In this document: positions 49,609 through 61,232 of the stretch, in pieces
How positions within the stretch are numbered: position 1 is the first letter of the stretch
How the letters are laid out: each line of letters starts with the position of its first letter
Assembly: GCA_008632985.1 (NCBI GenBank)
Contig: QPGO01000145.1
Location: 1 to 64,000 of the forward strand
Reading direction: 5' to 3'
Source: Psammoneis japonica
Taxonomy: Eukaryota
DNA length: 64,000 nucleotides
Notes under the pieces: model-generated
Database searches by the model: none
The model's input: the letters and a program-made list of their open reading frames with translations, nothing else
What the model was told of the DNA's origin: nothing
Program-made: the position numbers and the translations under genes

Positions 49609-51727
49609 ATGACGGCTCATGCTGCGGATGACCATGGCGCTGCCGCATGGCTATCCTCCTCTTCCGAATCGTCTTCTTCCAGTGATACAGAAACAGAAAC
49701 GTCACCCGAAAAGATCATGCCACCACCCGTTGCAACAACAGAATCATCCTCTTCTACTTCTTCGTCTCCCTGGAATAACACAGCTACTTCTTCGTCTGCT
49801 CCTCGCGGATTGCGCGTCTTGTTTTTATCCAGCGACACGGGTGGAGGTCATCGTGCGTCGGCCGAATCGTTGGCGAATCAATTTTTACGCTTGTATCCCG
49901 GTTCGGAATATCTCTTGTTGGACATCATGACGGACCACGCCCCGGCTCCCTACAATGGTCTCAAGAGTTGGTACAAGCATCTCAGTGCACATCCGACGCA
50001 ATGGAATATCGTCTATAAAGTGAGCAATACGACCGCGTATTCTCGTATGCAAGATGTTCATCTCAAGCTCGTATCGGAACGAGCCGTTCGAAAACGCTTG
50101 TTGGAATTACAACCCGATGTGGTGGTGAGCGTTCATCCGTTAATGAATGCCTTGCCCGTACTGAGTTGTCGCAAGATTTCCTGCAAAACGGGAAAACATT
50201 TACCCATGTTTACCGTTGTGACGGATTTGGGCAGTGCCCATTCGAGTTGGTTTGATGTTGGTGTCGAAAAGCTGTTTGTCGCCAGTGATGCCATTCGACA
50301 ATTGGCAAAAACATCTCGCGCAAAGTGCCTGATTCGAAATTGGTACAAAGTGGATTACCCATTCGACACGATTTTGCCGTCCAATCGAGTTGTTGGGTGA
50401 ACGGTGTAGTGAACAGGGACGACAGTATCAAGCACAAATCCGAAAAAAATTGAAATTGGACTTGGAGAAAAAAACGGTACTCGTCATGGGTGGTGGAGAA
50501 GGATGTGGATTGTTGAGTGACATTGTCAATGCACTCTATGTGGAATTTACCCACAAGGGATTGGATGCACAAATTTTAGTGGTTTGTGGACGCAATCAAA
50601 CCTTGAAGGAAGAATTGGATACCCGTGATTGGAATTTGGTCTTGTCGGAATCATCTTCCAAAATGGTGGAGAGCAATCGTTGTGTCTCACTCCAAGATTA
50701 TGGTTGCTTGACGGTACCGACTGCCTCGTCATTGTCGTCATCGGGTTGTATTCAAGGTGGACGTGTTACGAATCGATTGCGTAAAATACTCAGTGCCAGT
50801 TCCCTTGCCGTGGACAATCCCTTGGCCATGGTGGGGACAGTGGCGGATATCAACATGTGCGGTGGTGACGATGAGGATGAAATGCCAACTACCACCATGG
50901 CGACCACCAACGAAGAAGTAGTGTTGGACAATACGAATTTGGATGTCACGACATCCAATTCACTCGTGTTGCCTCACGTTCAAGTGATTGGTTTGGGGTT
51001 TGTCGACAACATGGCAGAATACATGGTGGCGTCGGACGTACTCGTGTCCAAGGCGGGTCCGGGTACCATTGCCGAAGCTGCCTCGCTGTCGTTGCCCGTC
51101 TTGTTGACATCGTTTTTACCAGGACAAGAAGAGGGCAATGTCGATTTTGTTGTGAATGGCAACTTTGGTGCATACCATTCCGATAAGGATCCATCCGGAA
51201 TTGCACAACACGTGGTGGAATGGTTATTGGACGAAGACCAACTCGGCAACTTGTCACAAGCCGCCAAGCGAGCGGGTAAACCGCATGCCGCGGAAGAAAT
51301 TGTCAAGATAATTGGTGAATCAACGTTGCGATGGAGAGATATGGATGAACAACGGGCGATGAGTAGCGGTTTGACGCCACAAAAACAACCAAAACGACGT
51401 GTCAATCATGATGTGGAGCGAGAAGAAAATGTGGAGGGAGTGGAGCAACAAGTGACAAGTAGCGATGAAGAAGAAGATGACGTGATTCTTGAAGGACAAG
51501 TGGAGGAACAAGTATCGAGCGAAGAAGAAGAAGATGACGTTATTCTTGAGGGACAAGTGGAGGAACAAGTATCGAGCGACGAGGAACAACAAGACGTTCA
51601 AGAAGGGGAATCGGAACCACCTGAAGAAGAAGCTAGTCACGAAAAAGAGCAACTCGAAGAAGCTAGTCAAGGCGGAGAGGATCAGCAAGAAGAAGCTGTG
51701 ATTGACGAAAAGCGACAAGATTTGTAA
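49609..51727 (+). CDS. MGD: Monogalactosyldiacylglycerol synthase (GT28 family); two apparent -1 indels near 50320 and 50387
   Basis: LSSDTGGGHRASA, PDVVVSVHPLM, TVVTDLG, GLPIR (in the intermediate frame), VLVMGGGEG, VVCGRN, SKAGPGTIAEA, PGQEEGN. Confidence 0.92.
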
Positions 51728-52102
51728 TCTTGTTGCAGGTGTAAAAAAAAAGTATTGCTACGCAACAGAAAGATCCATAATGGGAAACAGGCCATGTTTC
51801 ATTGTATAAGAAGTATCTATTTAAGTTGATATCAAATGCGTGCTACTACTCTTTTTCTCTAGTCGATCGGTAAATATTGTGTTAATACAGCATTCGAAAA
51901 GCCACTACTAGAGAACGTATTATTTTCTTCTCTAGAGAGAAATGCGGATTTCTTTACAAGTTTACCTACCTTGCCTAGGCAGTATGATTTGAAATCGTTG
52001 ATGCCGATTGCATTCGGCTCACTCTCTATTACAATTATCAATATTTTGTACAGGTAACCGCCAGTCATGGCGCCGTAGCCATATCATTATTATTAGAAGT
52101 AT

Positions 52103-53533
52103 TTACTCATCGATTGCCCCATTGGTCGATTTCCAAGTCACTCCGTTCTTGGCCTTGTCCTTGGCGGGTTCGTATTCCGTTGGGAATTCACGCATGGTTG
52201 TCTTACCCACCATAATGTCTACGGTTTTCACAAGTCGCGTCCAAACGCTTTCTTGCACATACGGCACCCCGTGTTTTTCACAAATAGCCTTGAGTTGTGG
52301 CGCTCCGCGTTGGTATTGAAGCATGGACAAATCGGGCCACACGTGGTGTTCGATTTGGTAATTGAGCCATCCGTGGGAAAAATCAACCATGTCCGTGCCG
52401 GCGGCGTAATTGGTAGAGCCAATAATCTGACGAACGTAAAAGGCACCCGACTTGGGTTTCACCTCGTCGTCAAAGGTGTAAATGTCTTCTCCGGCATGAT
52501 TCGTAACAATGGTGATGAAGGAGTGAATGTTGGTGACGAGTTCGGCCAAGACGAGATTGGCAACGGCGTGTCCAAAGAGTGCCGGTCCAACTCCGGGAAC
52601 CGCAAGCAATGGAGCGGGGAGAAGAACAAAGCGGCTCAAGAGAAATGGACCAAGAACGGTTGCAAAGAACTCTGTAGGCTTGACAAGTTCGCTGATTGCC
52701 TTTTCTTCTTCATTTTTGGGAAAGAGCATGGTTCCGATGGTAACAGAACCGAGCGGATCGATATTTGCAGGTAGTTCACCGTGTTCCTTCTTGTACTTGG
52801 ACACTTGGAGTTCTTTGAAGGTGTTGGGGGCGTAGTAGAACCATTTCCAGATGGGAATCAGTGATGCAACCACGCCGTATTTCAGTGGCATGGGAATATT
52901 CATGTCACGGAGGAACTGAAGGTTTCGCTGCACAAGATCAGGATCTTCTAGTTCACCCAAGTGGTAGTGATGAAGTCTGTTATGCTCAATGTTCCAGGCT
53001 TCGGGCATCATCCAATCACACCAGTCTTGAACACGCTTGACTACATTACCAAGCGCAAAGCCTCGGCTGTTGTATTTGCCGGCATCGACTCGATTGTATC
53101 CTCCGTGGCACGTGTGGTGAGCAATCATGGTCCAACTGGCGTAGGTCCACGTTGACAGGGCCGCAACGGTGAGAGGGTTTGGTGCAAGCCACATGGTGGC
53201 AATTCCCAACAGAGCGGCCTTGTTTCGCCAGTCAAGAATCTTGTTGAGATGTTCGACGTCGTCTTCGCCTTGCTCGAGTATCAGCTGCTTTCCCAAAGCA
53301 GTGACGTCCTTGCCGAATTCTTCATAGTCCAGATTCGCAACCCATGCAGATTCTCTCGAGAGCTTTGGTTGCGCGCTTTTTGTGGATACTTTGTCCTTGG
53401 CGACAACATCCGGCATGGGAATGGCAATCGCCTTGGGCGCAGATGCTCTTGATCGAGCATTTCCAGCGCTAGGATTGAACGCTATTGTACATTGCAGAGT
53501 CAACAAAGCGGCAGCTACGAAACGAAACATCAT
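52103..53533 (-). CDS. Membrane fatty-acid desaturase, probably plastid-targeted
   Basis: His boxes HHTCH, HNRLHH, QIEHH; signal MMFRFVAAALLTLQCTIA-F. Confidence 0.88.
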   Translation of the reverse strand: MMFRFVAAALLTLQCTIAFNPSAGNARSRASAPKAIAIPMPDVVAKDKVSTKSAQPKLSRESAWVANLDYEEFGKDVTALGKQLILEQGEDDVEHLNKILDWRNKAALLGIATMWLAPNPLTVAALSTWTYASWTMIAHHTCHGGYNRVDAGKYNSRGFALGNVVKRVQDWCDWMMPEAWNIEHNRLHHYHLGELEDPDLVQRNLQFLRDMNIPMPLKYGVVASLIPIWKWFYYAPNTFKELQVSKYKKEHGELPANIDPLGSVTIGTMLFPKNEEEKAISELVKPTEFFATVLGPFLLSRFVLLPAPLLAVPGVGPALFGHAVANLVLAELVTNIHSFITIVTNHAGEDIYTFDDEVKPKSGAFYVRQIIGSTNYAAGTDMVDFSHGWLNYQIEHHVWPDLSMLQYQRGAPQLKAICEKHGVPYVQESVWTRLVKTVDIMVGKTTMREFPTEYEPAKDKAKNGVTWKSTNGAIDE

Positions 53534-53945
53534 GCTTTTTGTTCTTTCAAAGCCATGAATTGTGTGCCACGCATCACTGGACGTCTTTTGCAGAAAAGAA
53601 AAACAAACGAGGTGGCGAAATTCAAAACGAAAATCGTCATCGGCATGTGGGTGACGACACATCATTCGTGAGTAACCCGGTTGTAATGTATACATCAACG
53701 TTTATAATTCATATGTATTCAATCCCGAGTAGTTCGTGGTTTTAACGTCTTTTATTCAGCATGCCAACGATCGACGGGCGGACGCGCGGGAAACTGCGCG
53801 ATTCCTCGCGCGATGAACAAGAGCGACCAACGAACGATGACCAACCACCAACTTGCCCCTGCTTTTCCGTCCACATGCAAGACCTATATCTTAACTCTTA
53901 AAACACACCACAGAAGACGAAGATAGAGAGAATACTTAAATTACA

Positions 53946-54407
53946 ATGGTAGGCCAAGAGAGTTTATTGGCGGGAGATGTTGTCAAAATGTGTGGAAAAG
54001 AGAGGGACGTCACAAAAGGCCGAAATGTTTCTGGTCGTTCTTGGAAGGTCCGACCACAAAAACGTGCATCGTCTCTGGTGTCAACCCGTGCCAACAACCG
54101 CAAAAAATCATGGCAAGCAAAACAAGAAGAACGTAATCAACGAAAATTAATGTTGGAACAAGAAAAAGAACTCAAGGAGGAAAAACGACAGGCAGCTATT
54201 ATGAAAAAAGAGCGACGACTCGAAAACGAAAAACGACGTGCCGAGAACGAATTCAAGACGGCTCAGAAATCGGCACAACAACTCAATCTCGAGAAGGTGG
54301 GTGTGACCATGAAGGCCATGAGTAAGAAGCAACTGAGACAAATAAAGAAGACAAGAATGAACACCAAGACGGGTGTTGTGGAGTATGTTCCAGCTTATTC
54401 GAAATGA
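53946..54407 (+). CDS. Cgr1/CCDC86-like ribosome biogenesis protein
   Basis: GRNVSGRSWK motif, basic coiled coil, MSKKQLRQIKK. Confidence 0.75.
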   Translation: MVGQESLLAGDVVKMCGKERDVTKGRNVSGRSWKVRPQKRASSLVSTRANNRKKSWQAKQEERNQRKLMLEQEKELKEEKRQAAIMKKERRLENEKRRAENEFKTAQKSAQQLNLEKVGVTMKAMSKKQLRQIKKTRMNTKTGVVEYVPAYSK

Positions 54408-54948
54408 ATGCGGGAGCTGCCATGGCCGGGATGAATGGGCCGAGTGTGCAATTACCTACACCTACTCTACATATTACACCGTGATTATCTTACTTAGAAA
54501 GCGAATCAATGGGTATTACAAAACGTGGTTGAGTTGGGTATTCTTGAGTAAGAATGAGAAACTTAGAGTGAATTGCTTCGAAATGCTCGTACTACTCATG
54601 GTGTCTTGGGTGGAAACAACCTTCTCTGAAGCAAACATTCCCAATTCACGCATACTGTATTGTTTATAAATATCCCGATTCTTCCATCAGAGTCGATAAC
54701 AAAGATAACCGTTACAGTAGTACGTACTGTAGAGCATCAATCCGTGGATAAGAGAGCGTCCCTATAGAATGAGCTTACGTTGGATGGCAAGTCTCACCGT
54801 TGCGTATCCAACAGACTTTGAGACTGTATGATAGCGAAGAAGGTCAAAGCCGAACCCTCGATACAAACTATAGCAGACACTCAAGCAGTTCCAAAGTCAA
54901 TCAGAGAATGTTATATATACTACAGTACTTCTACAGTTGCTAGCTACC

Positions 54949-56011
54949 TTACATCTCCCGAAGATTGCCAAAGATCTCCAGACCAGTGCCGTGCCAACAG
55001 TCGTAATGGCCGTCTTCGTCCTGTAAACAGCGAATTCGGAAGAATCCATAAAACGTGTCACCACTTTGCACTTGCCACGTGTATCGGTTGTATTTCTCAA
55101 GGTACTCAGTCACATACTCAGATCTTTCAGACTCAGTTAAATCATATTTTTCAATTTTTTCCAAGACTTCTTCCCGGGTATTCTGGTCGAGCCCTCTGTG
55201 GTCCATTTGATTCTCGCGAAGTGTTTCCCACGCCTTTCCATCGGTCGATGCCTCGAACTGCCAGGGACATCGCATCCCATAACAGCATTCATGTCGAAGG
55301 GAATAGTGTGTGGGATTGACAGCAGCTCCTCTTAGATCGACCACAGCAGTCCATCCAGAAGCTCCACGATAATCACAATGTGTGAAGCCATGTTGAGCAA
55401 GCTGCAGGGGCATGGTTTTTTAGTGTGCTCAGTGGGCGATATTGAACAAACATGGAGCGAACCATGTCTGGTGAAGCAATACTTCGACATTCTCTAGCGT
55501 CAACATCGTCTGTGTCAGAGACCTCGTCACACCATCCGCCGACGTGGACCTTGTTGCTCATATGGGGGTTGCTGTACCCTTTGCGTCCGTAGTCCGTGCC
55601 GAGCATGTAGAACACACCACGACTCTGGGGATTCGGTGGACATGAGTGCACTGGCGGTTCACACCGGGTGGCAAGGTCATCCAAGGCATAGAACATAGCT
55701 TCATCGTGAAGCCTGCGCCAGAAACCTCTGTTTTCATGGTACGGTTGCGGCAGCATGTTTTCGATCTTGCCAGTTCTCAAGAACTCGAGAACGTACTTGA
55801 ACAACTCAGGATCGCGGTCGATGAAATAAATCGTTCGTCCCCACTGGTCTTGTCCATAGACGCCCCCCGGAGTCATGTCGTTCGTTGTGTTTCCAAACCG
55901 TGCTGAAAAGTACGAGCCTTCCACGCTTGTAAGCGTCGTGCGGTAAGTAACAAAGGTCGTGTCGCTGACGCACAACACAATGATGGGATCATCGCGGTCT
56001 TGACGACTCAT
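54949..56011 (-). CDS. KCTD-type BTB/POZ plus discoidin (F5/8C)-like protein; apparent frameshift near 55415
   Basis: FVTYRTTLT....SYFSARF, YFIDRDPELFKYVLEFLRTG, EAMFYAL; C-terminal PTHYSLRH, WQFEASTDGKAW, LEIFG. Confidence 0.82.
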
Positions 56012-56462
56012 GATGACAGAAACTTGTCAGTGGAAAGTCTTGCAAATCTGTCAGACACAACTGAGTAAAGCAAAAGTGAATCACAGCGATTGCGATCTCT
56101 AGTAGAGGCTACTCTAGAAGCCATTGCGTCGCTGTTGTGTAGCCATTGCTGGTTTCCGGTTGCGCCCATGCGCAGTGAATGGCTGGTACAGCACGACATA
56201 CCAAATGCCATAAACTTAAATATTTGACATAGCCAACGCATACAATTATATATATTTCTAACGTTTTTCCCATTATCCAGAAGCAAGAAAAAAGTAATAT
56301 CAATTAAGTCACATTCGTATATTAGGAATTCGAATCCTGCAACGGTTTCGGTGGGTTGCAACGGCAAGCAACCATTATTTTGAATTTCAAATTCCTTCGC
56401 AGTCAACCAACGAACGCAATTCCACAATTCGAACACCTCCTTGTCGCCACTTTTTCCTGACT

Positions 56463-58443
56463 ATGGCACATCAGAAGCTCACCATGAGACTCGTTCTTTA
56501 TTCCCTCTTTGGTGCTGCAATGGCCTCCGCAGAACCTTCGACGTCATTTCATGTTTCAGGAGAGCTGACACATTTGCGAACTCGGTCTTTGGGCCAAAAC
56601 CAAGGAGGCATTATGAATGAAAAGATGAGTGCGCTTTATGCAGGCAAAGAAGGGCGAATGAGAGGGAGCGTGAGCACAGCGTCTTTGCTCACCAAGGAAG
56701 GTATGTGAGAAAGAGTTTCAGCCCGTTGTTCTTATCTAGCTTGTATGAGTCTGAAGACATCTTCCCGTTTATCCTGTACGACTACATACGATACAAAAGA
56801 TTCTCCGTGCACAACAAAAGATCGCATGACGATAAGTGATCATAACTGTAAGTTTTATTCCGTGTTTTGTTTCTCCGATAAGAGAAGATCTTTCAATGTG
56901 TTCTCACGTCCATTTTTTCTTTCAATACTTACAAACCGAAACTCCCCACGATCAATTAGCGACAAGGTATAATATTGATATCCAGCACAATGGTGATAAG
57001 GCTGCCGGTCAAGCTGTGGTTGATGCGGTAAGGCGTTGGGAGGAAATAATTGTAGGAGATCTTCCTTCATTTGATTTTGGCAAGTCGATTCCTCCTGGAT
57101 GTTGTGAACCACCAGGAATTGTGGATGACATGGTGCTTTGCTCTAGAACTCAGCACAGAGACGGTCCACTTGGAATCCTAGGTACAGGTGGACCGCTGAT
57201 GCTACGACCACGTACCTTGCAGGGTGGGCCTGGGGAGGGGCTGCCTGCTTCTTCCCAACTCATTATAGATGAAGATGACCTTGAATTAATGACCGATCTC
57301 AACCTTCTCAATGTTGTGGCGCTTCACGAAATAGGTACGTGACTTGAAATGGGAACTGGAACGGTTTGCAATTTTTTTATATACTTATCATTACCTTGCG
57401 TGAATAATGATACCATAGGACATGGTAAGTGAATTGAGAGAGACTACTGAAATGGGTTTCTGTCTACTGTATGTGCCACTTTAACTGTTGATTTGGTTGA
57501 ATTTTCCTTGTAAGCTCTCGGAGTCGGTAAGTGAATAGAATGAAGTCGACCAAAACATAGGTTCACCGCTTTTGCGCTCGACACACATCAAAGTTGTATC
57601 TGTCATAACCTCGTTATTTCATCGTTCACTATAGGAGTTCTGTGGAATGAAATTAACTTTAACTTGACGGGGGCAAAACGCGTTGGACCCTATCAACCCG
57701 GTGCAGCAGCATGTCGCGAATATGAACGAATTACAGGTTGTAAAGGTTGTCCTCCAGTTCAATCTAGAGGAGCGCACTGGAGCCAACCTAATCTCCTCAC
57801 TGAGCTCATGACACCATACCTAAATTCACCTACGCCACCACTAACGGCAATCACGATTGGCACTTTGGAAGATATGAACTACAAAGTCGATTATAGCAAG
57901 GCTGATACGATTGAAGCGTATGTTTGTGACGAGACATATGAGCCGACGCCTTCTCCTATACCAACTCCAGCGCTGCAGTGGGGAATTACGTCCGATGTTC
58001 CCTCTGAAAAACCCAGCCAGTCGCCAACAGTATCTACTCCAAGCGATGTTCCTTCCATGGCTCCAAGCGAAGTACCATCTGGAATGCCGACTCGACTTCT
58101 ACCCGACCCTAGTGACCCTTCGGCTGCTCCCTCTAGTACACCAAGTCACGAAGCCTTTACACCTGAGTCTCTGGAGATTTTGAATCGGAAGTCATCACCT
58201 GAGATGTCCAGTGAAGATTTCGGGTCTCGGTGGCAAAATCGGCGGCTAAGCGAAGAAGGACGGATCAGAGTCCTCGAAGCAGGAAAGCGAGCACTGGATG
58301 AAAACAGCTCAAAGCACTCGGCCGAGATATCGGAGAATGGCCATCCGTCAAACGGCATATTCGTCGGGCACCTTGCTACTTGCGTTTTTTATGTCGAGGA
58401 AGGGGCGCTCTATGTTGTCACGGTGACTGCAGACGACGTCTAG
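56463..58443 (+). CDS. Secreted leishmanolysin-like (M8) zinc metalloprotease with microexons 57419-57424 and 57515-57526
   Basis: Signal peptide; RWEEIIVGDLP, DGPLGILG.GGP, spliced HEIGHALG, HW....TELMTP, ITIGTLEDMNYKVDYSKAD; Pro/Ser stalk. Predicted exons 56463-56700, 56960-57334, 57419-57424, 57515-57526, 57635-58443. Confidence 0.85.
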
Positions 58444-58722
58444 AGTCTACTGTGGAGAGCGAGGTATTGTGCTCTCGAGTAGCTTTTGTTTTTTTGGCTT
58501 CCCGCAATATCAAGATGGGCGCCAAGGGATTTTTCACCAGATGAAGATGTATCAATACACACCACTTGACACAGCAATTCCATGATCATCGTCATTCAAC
58601 GAGAAGCTCAAATAATATTTTCTCCCTTGACAATGCGCATAGTTTTTGATTAGATTTCCTTTAATTCGTATTTTACGGCTGAGCGTGCTTCTGTTGTATC
58701 TGGCCAGGCTTTTAGTAGAAAG

Positions 58723-58784
58723 AAGCTTTACCGCACAGAGTGCTTGGGTTTTCAAGCTTTACCGCACAGAGTGCTTGGGTTTTC
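58723..58784. repeat. Exact 31-bp tandem duplication
   Basis: aagctttaccgcacagagtgcttgggttttc twice. Confidence 0.9.
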
Positions 58785-58789
58785 CATCA

Positions 58790-59970
58790 GACTGTCGGCA
58801 TTGTGAAGCTGGACAAATAATGGCAATGTCCTCAGTGAGGTAAAACAAGCCATTCATGTGATGTGAGTCCACTGGAGCGCAACCAGCACAGTGACTGCCA
58901 AGATGCAAGGAGAAATTTTTGACACAGGTTTATGATGACTGACTGATTGCATCTCCTGAAGATCACCAATAATCTCAAGTCATTCCATGCCAGAAGTCAT
59001 GATCACAGCTTTCCAATGAGCAATGAATTTGAAAGAAATGACAAAACTCACAAAACTGGTCTGTGCTTTGTGATGTTACCAAGTAAATTGGTTGTGTTTT
59101 TCCAAGCACTCAGTCACACACTCAGGCCCCCTTTGTGTTCAGGAAGTGTTTTCATGCTCATTGTTTGCTCCAGTTGATGCCTTGATGAAACAGCAACAGC
59201 TGGGCGCCAGTGAAAACACTCACGCCAAAGAGAGCTGTGCAAAAGATGCAATGCAGCCTCTCAAAGCTTGTTGATCACAGCAGTCCAAGCACCAACATCA
59301 TCTTCAGCACATTGTGCAAGGCCAGAATGAGCAGGGGGTCAATGCTGTGCTCTGAAAGTTTGCTTGGCAGATGATGCTGACGAACATGGAGAGAACACAA
59401 TGACAGGACCTTGCTCCTGCTGCACACAATGTGAGGGTTGTGGTTGATTTCCTGTTTGTGATCATCTGTGTCCAAGTGTGCAAAACACACCACCATTCTT
59501 CAGAATGATTTAGTGGATGTGAGTGCTCTGTGCACTGGTGGGCTGTGGTCCAACCGGGCAGCCAGATGTCACGTTCAGCAAGGGCGGCAGCAATGATCGA
59601 TGATGAACAGCTGTGCAGCACATCCAAAGTTTCTGTGTGAGATGCAGTCAAGCAGTTAAACCAAAGAGTGAGCCAGCCAACAAGTGTGTAAGACAGGGGC
59701 TCGCTCAAAATTCTCTCCACAACAAAAAGCAGCAGCAGAGCCGCAGTGGCCCCGCACAACAACAATGACACAGCACCACCAGCAGCAGGCACTCTCGCTC
59801 AGCAGCATGAGAAACTGCAGCATCAGCACTTTTGGAGCAGTGGACACCTTTGTTTTCTGGGTTTGAAAAAATACTTGAGTTTGGACCAGAGGTTTTGAGG
59901 GCTTGGTGTGCTCTTGCCGCTTTGCCGTGTGTTTGATGATTTTGCGGCAATGCCGGCCAGCCGTCAGGAG
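58790..59970. repeat. TA/CG-depleted degenerate block
   Basis: Same composition as the other hypermutated blocks. Confidence 0.5.
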
Positions 59971-60108
59971 CAGCATGTTCGGACCTACGGACAGGACGTT
60001 GACATCAGTTCCCGCCAAAAAAGAAAAATGATGTCACCGACGAACGCGATGCAAAGCGAAAAACAGTGAAGAAAGAGAAAGAGACGTTGAAAAGCTAACA
60101 TAGAAACC

Positions 60109-61209
60109 ATGTCGGATAAACAGCTGACCTTGAAGACTCTCACCAAGGAGCAGCGCCGTAAGCTCCAGAGCTTTTCCAGATCTGACGAAATTTCGGCGAC
60201 GATTGGAGTTGTCAACATGCTGGTCACGACCATGATTGCAGTCCGCTTTCCTGCGTACTATTGGATGTGGCATATAGCTAGAACGCTTTTCTATATTCCT
60301 ACGCGCTACGTTCGGTTCAAGAAACAACGGTGGCAGCTCTATCTTTTAGATTGGTGTTATGTGGTGACGTACATGTCCACAATCTGCAGTATTCTAGCGT
60401 TTGTGCGAGTGGCAACGGGATTTGAAACCTTTTTAGTGGAACACAACACGGCCTTGATCCATGCAGGTTTTGCCATGTCAGTTGGACCTCTGGCGTGGAG
60501 TATATGGGTGTTTCGAAACTCGATTGTCTTTCACGATGTGGATTTTTCAACCTCAGTCTTCATCCATCTCAGTCCGTTTGTGTTATTTTGGTGTCTTCGA
60601 TGGGGATCTGGCGTTCCTAGTGTTATCGACAATACATGGCCAGACATGTTTCAAATATGCCCGTCGGGGACCTTTGACCAAGTTGATGAATGCTTTGAGA
60701 GCTTGTCTGGAATTCTTTGGTGTTCAGCTTGTGGATCATCGCCTTGGTCCTTCATACTCCCGCCTGCTATTCTCTATCTCTGCGTCTGGGCAATCCCATA
60801 TTATTCAATTGTTCTCATCGCGTGGCGGGATTGGTGCGAGAGGACGGACCACGAGACTCTCTACTCTTATTCTGTGCAAGCAAACGAGGGCCTCATTAAC
60901 ATGTTTGCCAAACGCGTCAAATGGCTCGTTGGAGAGAAGAACGCCGGGCCATTTGGATACATGGTGCTCCATTTCGTTTCCGTGATTGTGTTTAGTGCAA
61001 CGGGATACATATTTTGGCATTCGTTTGCCTTGCATACACTGTGGATGGTGTTTGTTCTGGTCAAGGCCATTGACAATGGCAGTTCATACATGTTTCGTGT
61101 GTTTGCATATCGCTATGCCGACAATTGCCTCAACAAGCACAAAACAAACTCGAGTGTGCTATCTAAACTTTCTACAGAGAGCAGTGAACTTAATCTAACT
61201 ATGCTATGA
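60109..61209 (+). CDS. Glycerophosphocholine acyltransferase (GPCAT/GPC1, DUF2838 family)
   Basis: YLLDWCY, GPLAWSI.VFRNSIVFHD....SVFIHLSP, NGSSY motifs; multiple TM helices. Confidence 0.8.
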   Translation: MSDKQLTLKTLTKEQRRKLQSFSRSDEISATIGVVNMLVTTMIAVRFPAYYWMWHIARTLFYIPTRYVRFKKQRWQLYLLDWCYVVTYMSTICSILAFVRVATGFETFLVEHNTALIHAGFAMSVGPLAWSIWVFRNSIVFHDVDFSTSVFIHLSPFVLFWCLRWGSGVPSVIDNTWPDMFQICPSGTFDQVDECFESLSGILWCSACGSSPWSFILPPAILYLCVWAIPYYSIVLIAWRDWCERTDHETLYSYSVQANEGLINMFAKRVKWLVGEKNAGPFGYMVLHFVSVIVFSATGYIFWHSFALHTLWMVFVLVKAIDNGSSYMFRVFAYRYADNCLNKHKTNSSVLSKLSTESSELNLTML

Positions 61210-61232
61210 AATAATTCCACACTATTTTTGAG

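Noticed and set aside
50300..50400. MGDG synthase as a pseudogene or programmed frameshift
   Set aside because: Two single-base losses at likely GG pairs with the conserved GLPIR intact between them, and no other decay. This fits homopolymer under-calling in the assembly; read data are needed to confirm.
51455..51600. 57-nt tandem repeat in the MGD 3' end
   Set aside because: Simple in-frame expansion of an acidic tail (EEEDDVILEGQVEEQVSS).
58723..58784. CRISPR-like direct repeat
   Set aside because: Only two adjacent copies with no spacer, in a eukaryotic context.
9170..59970. Classical fungal RIP or CpG decay alone as the explanation
   Set aside because: RIP raises TpA, and CpG decay does not remove TpA; here TpA is lost.
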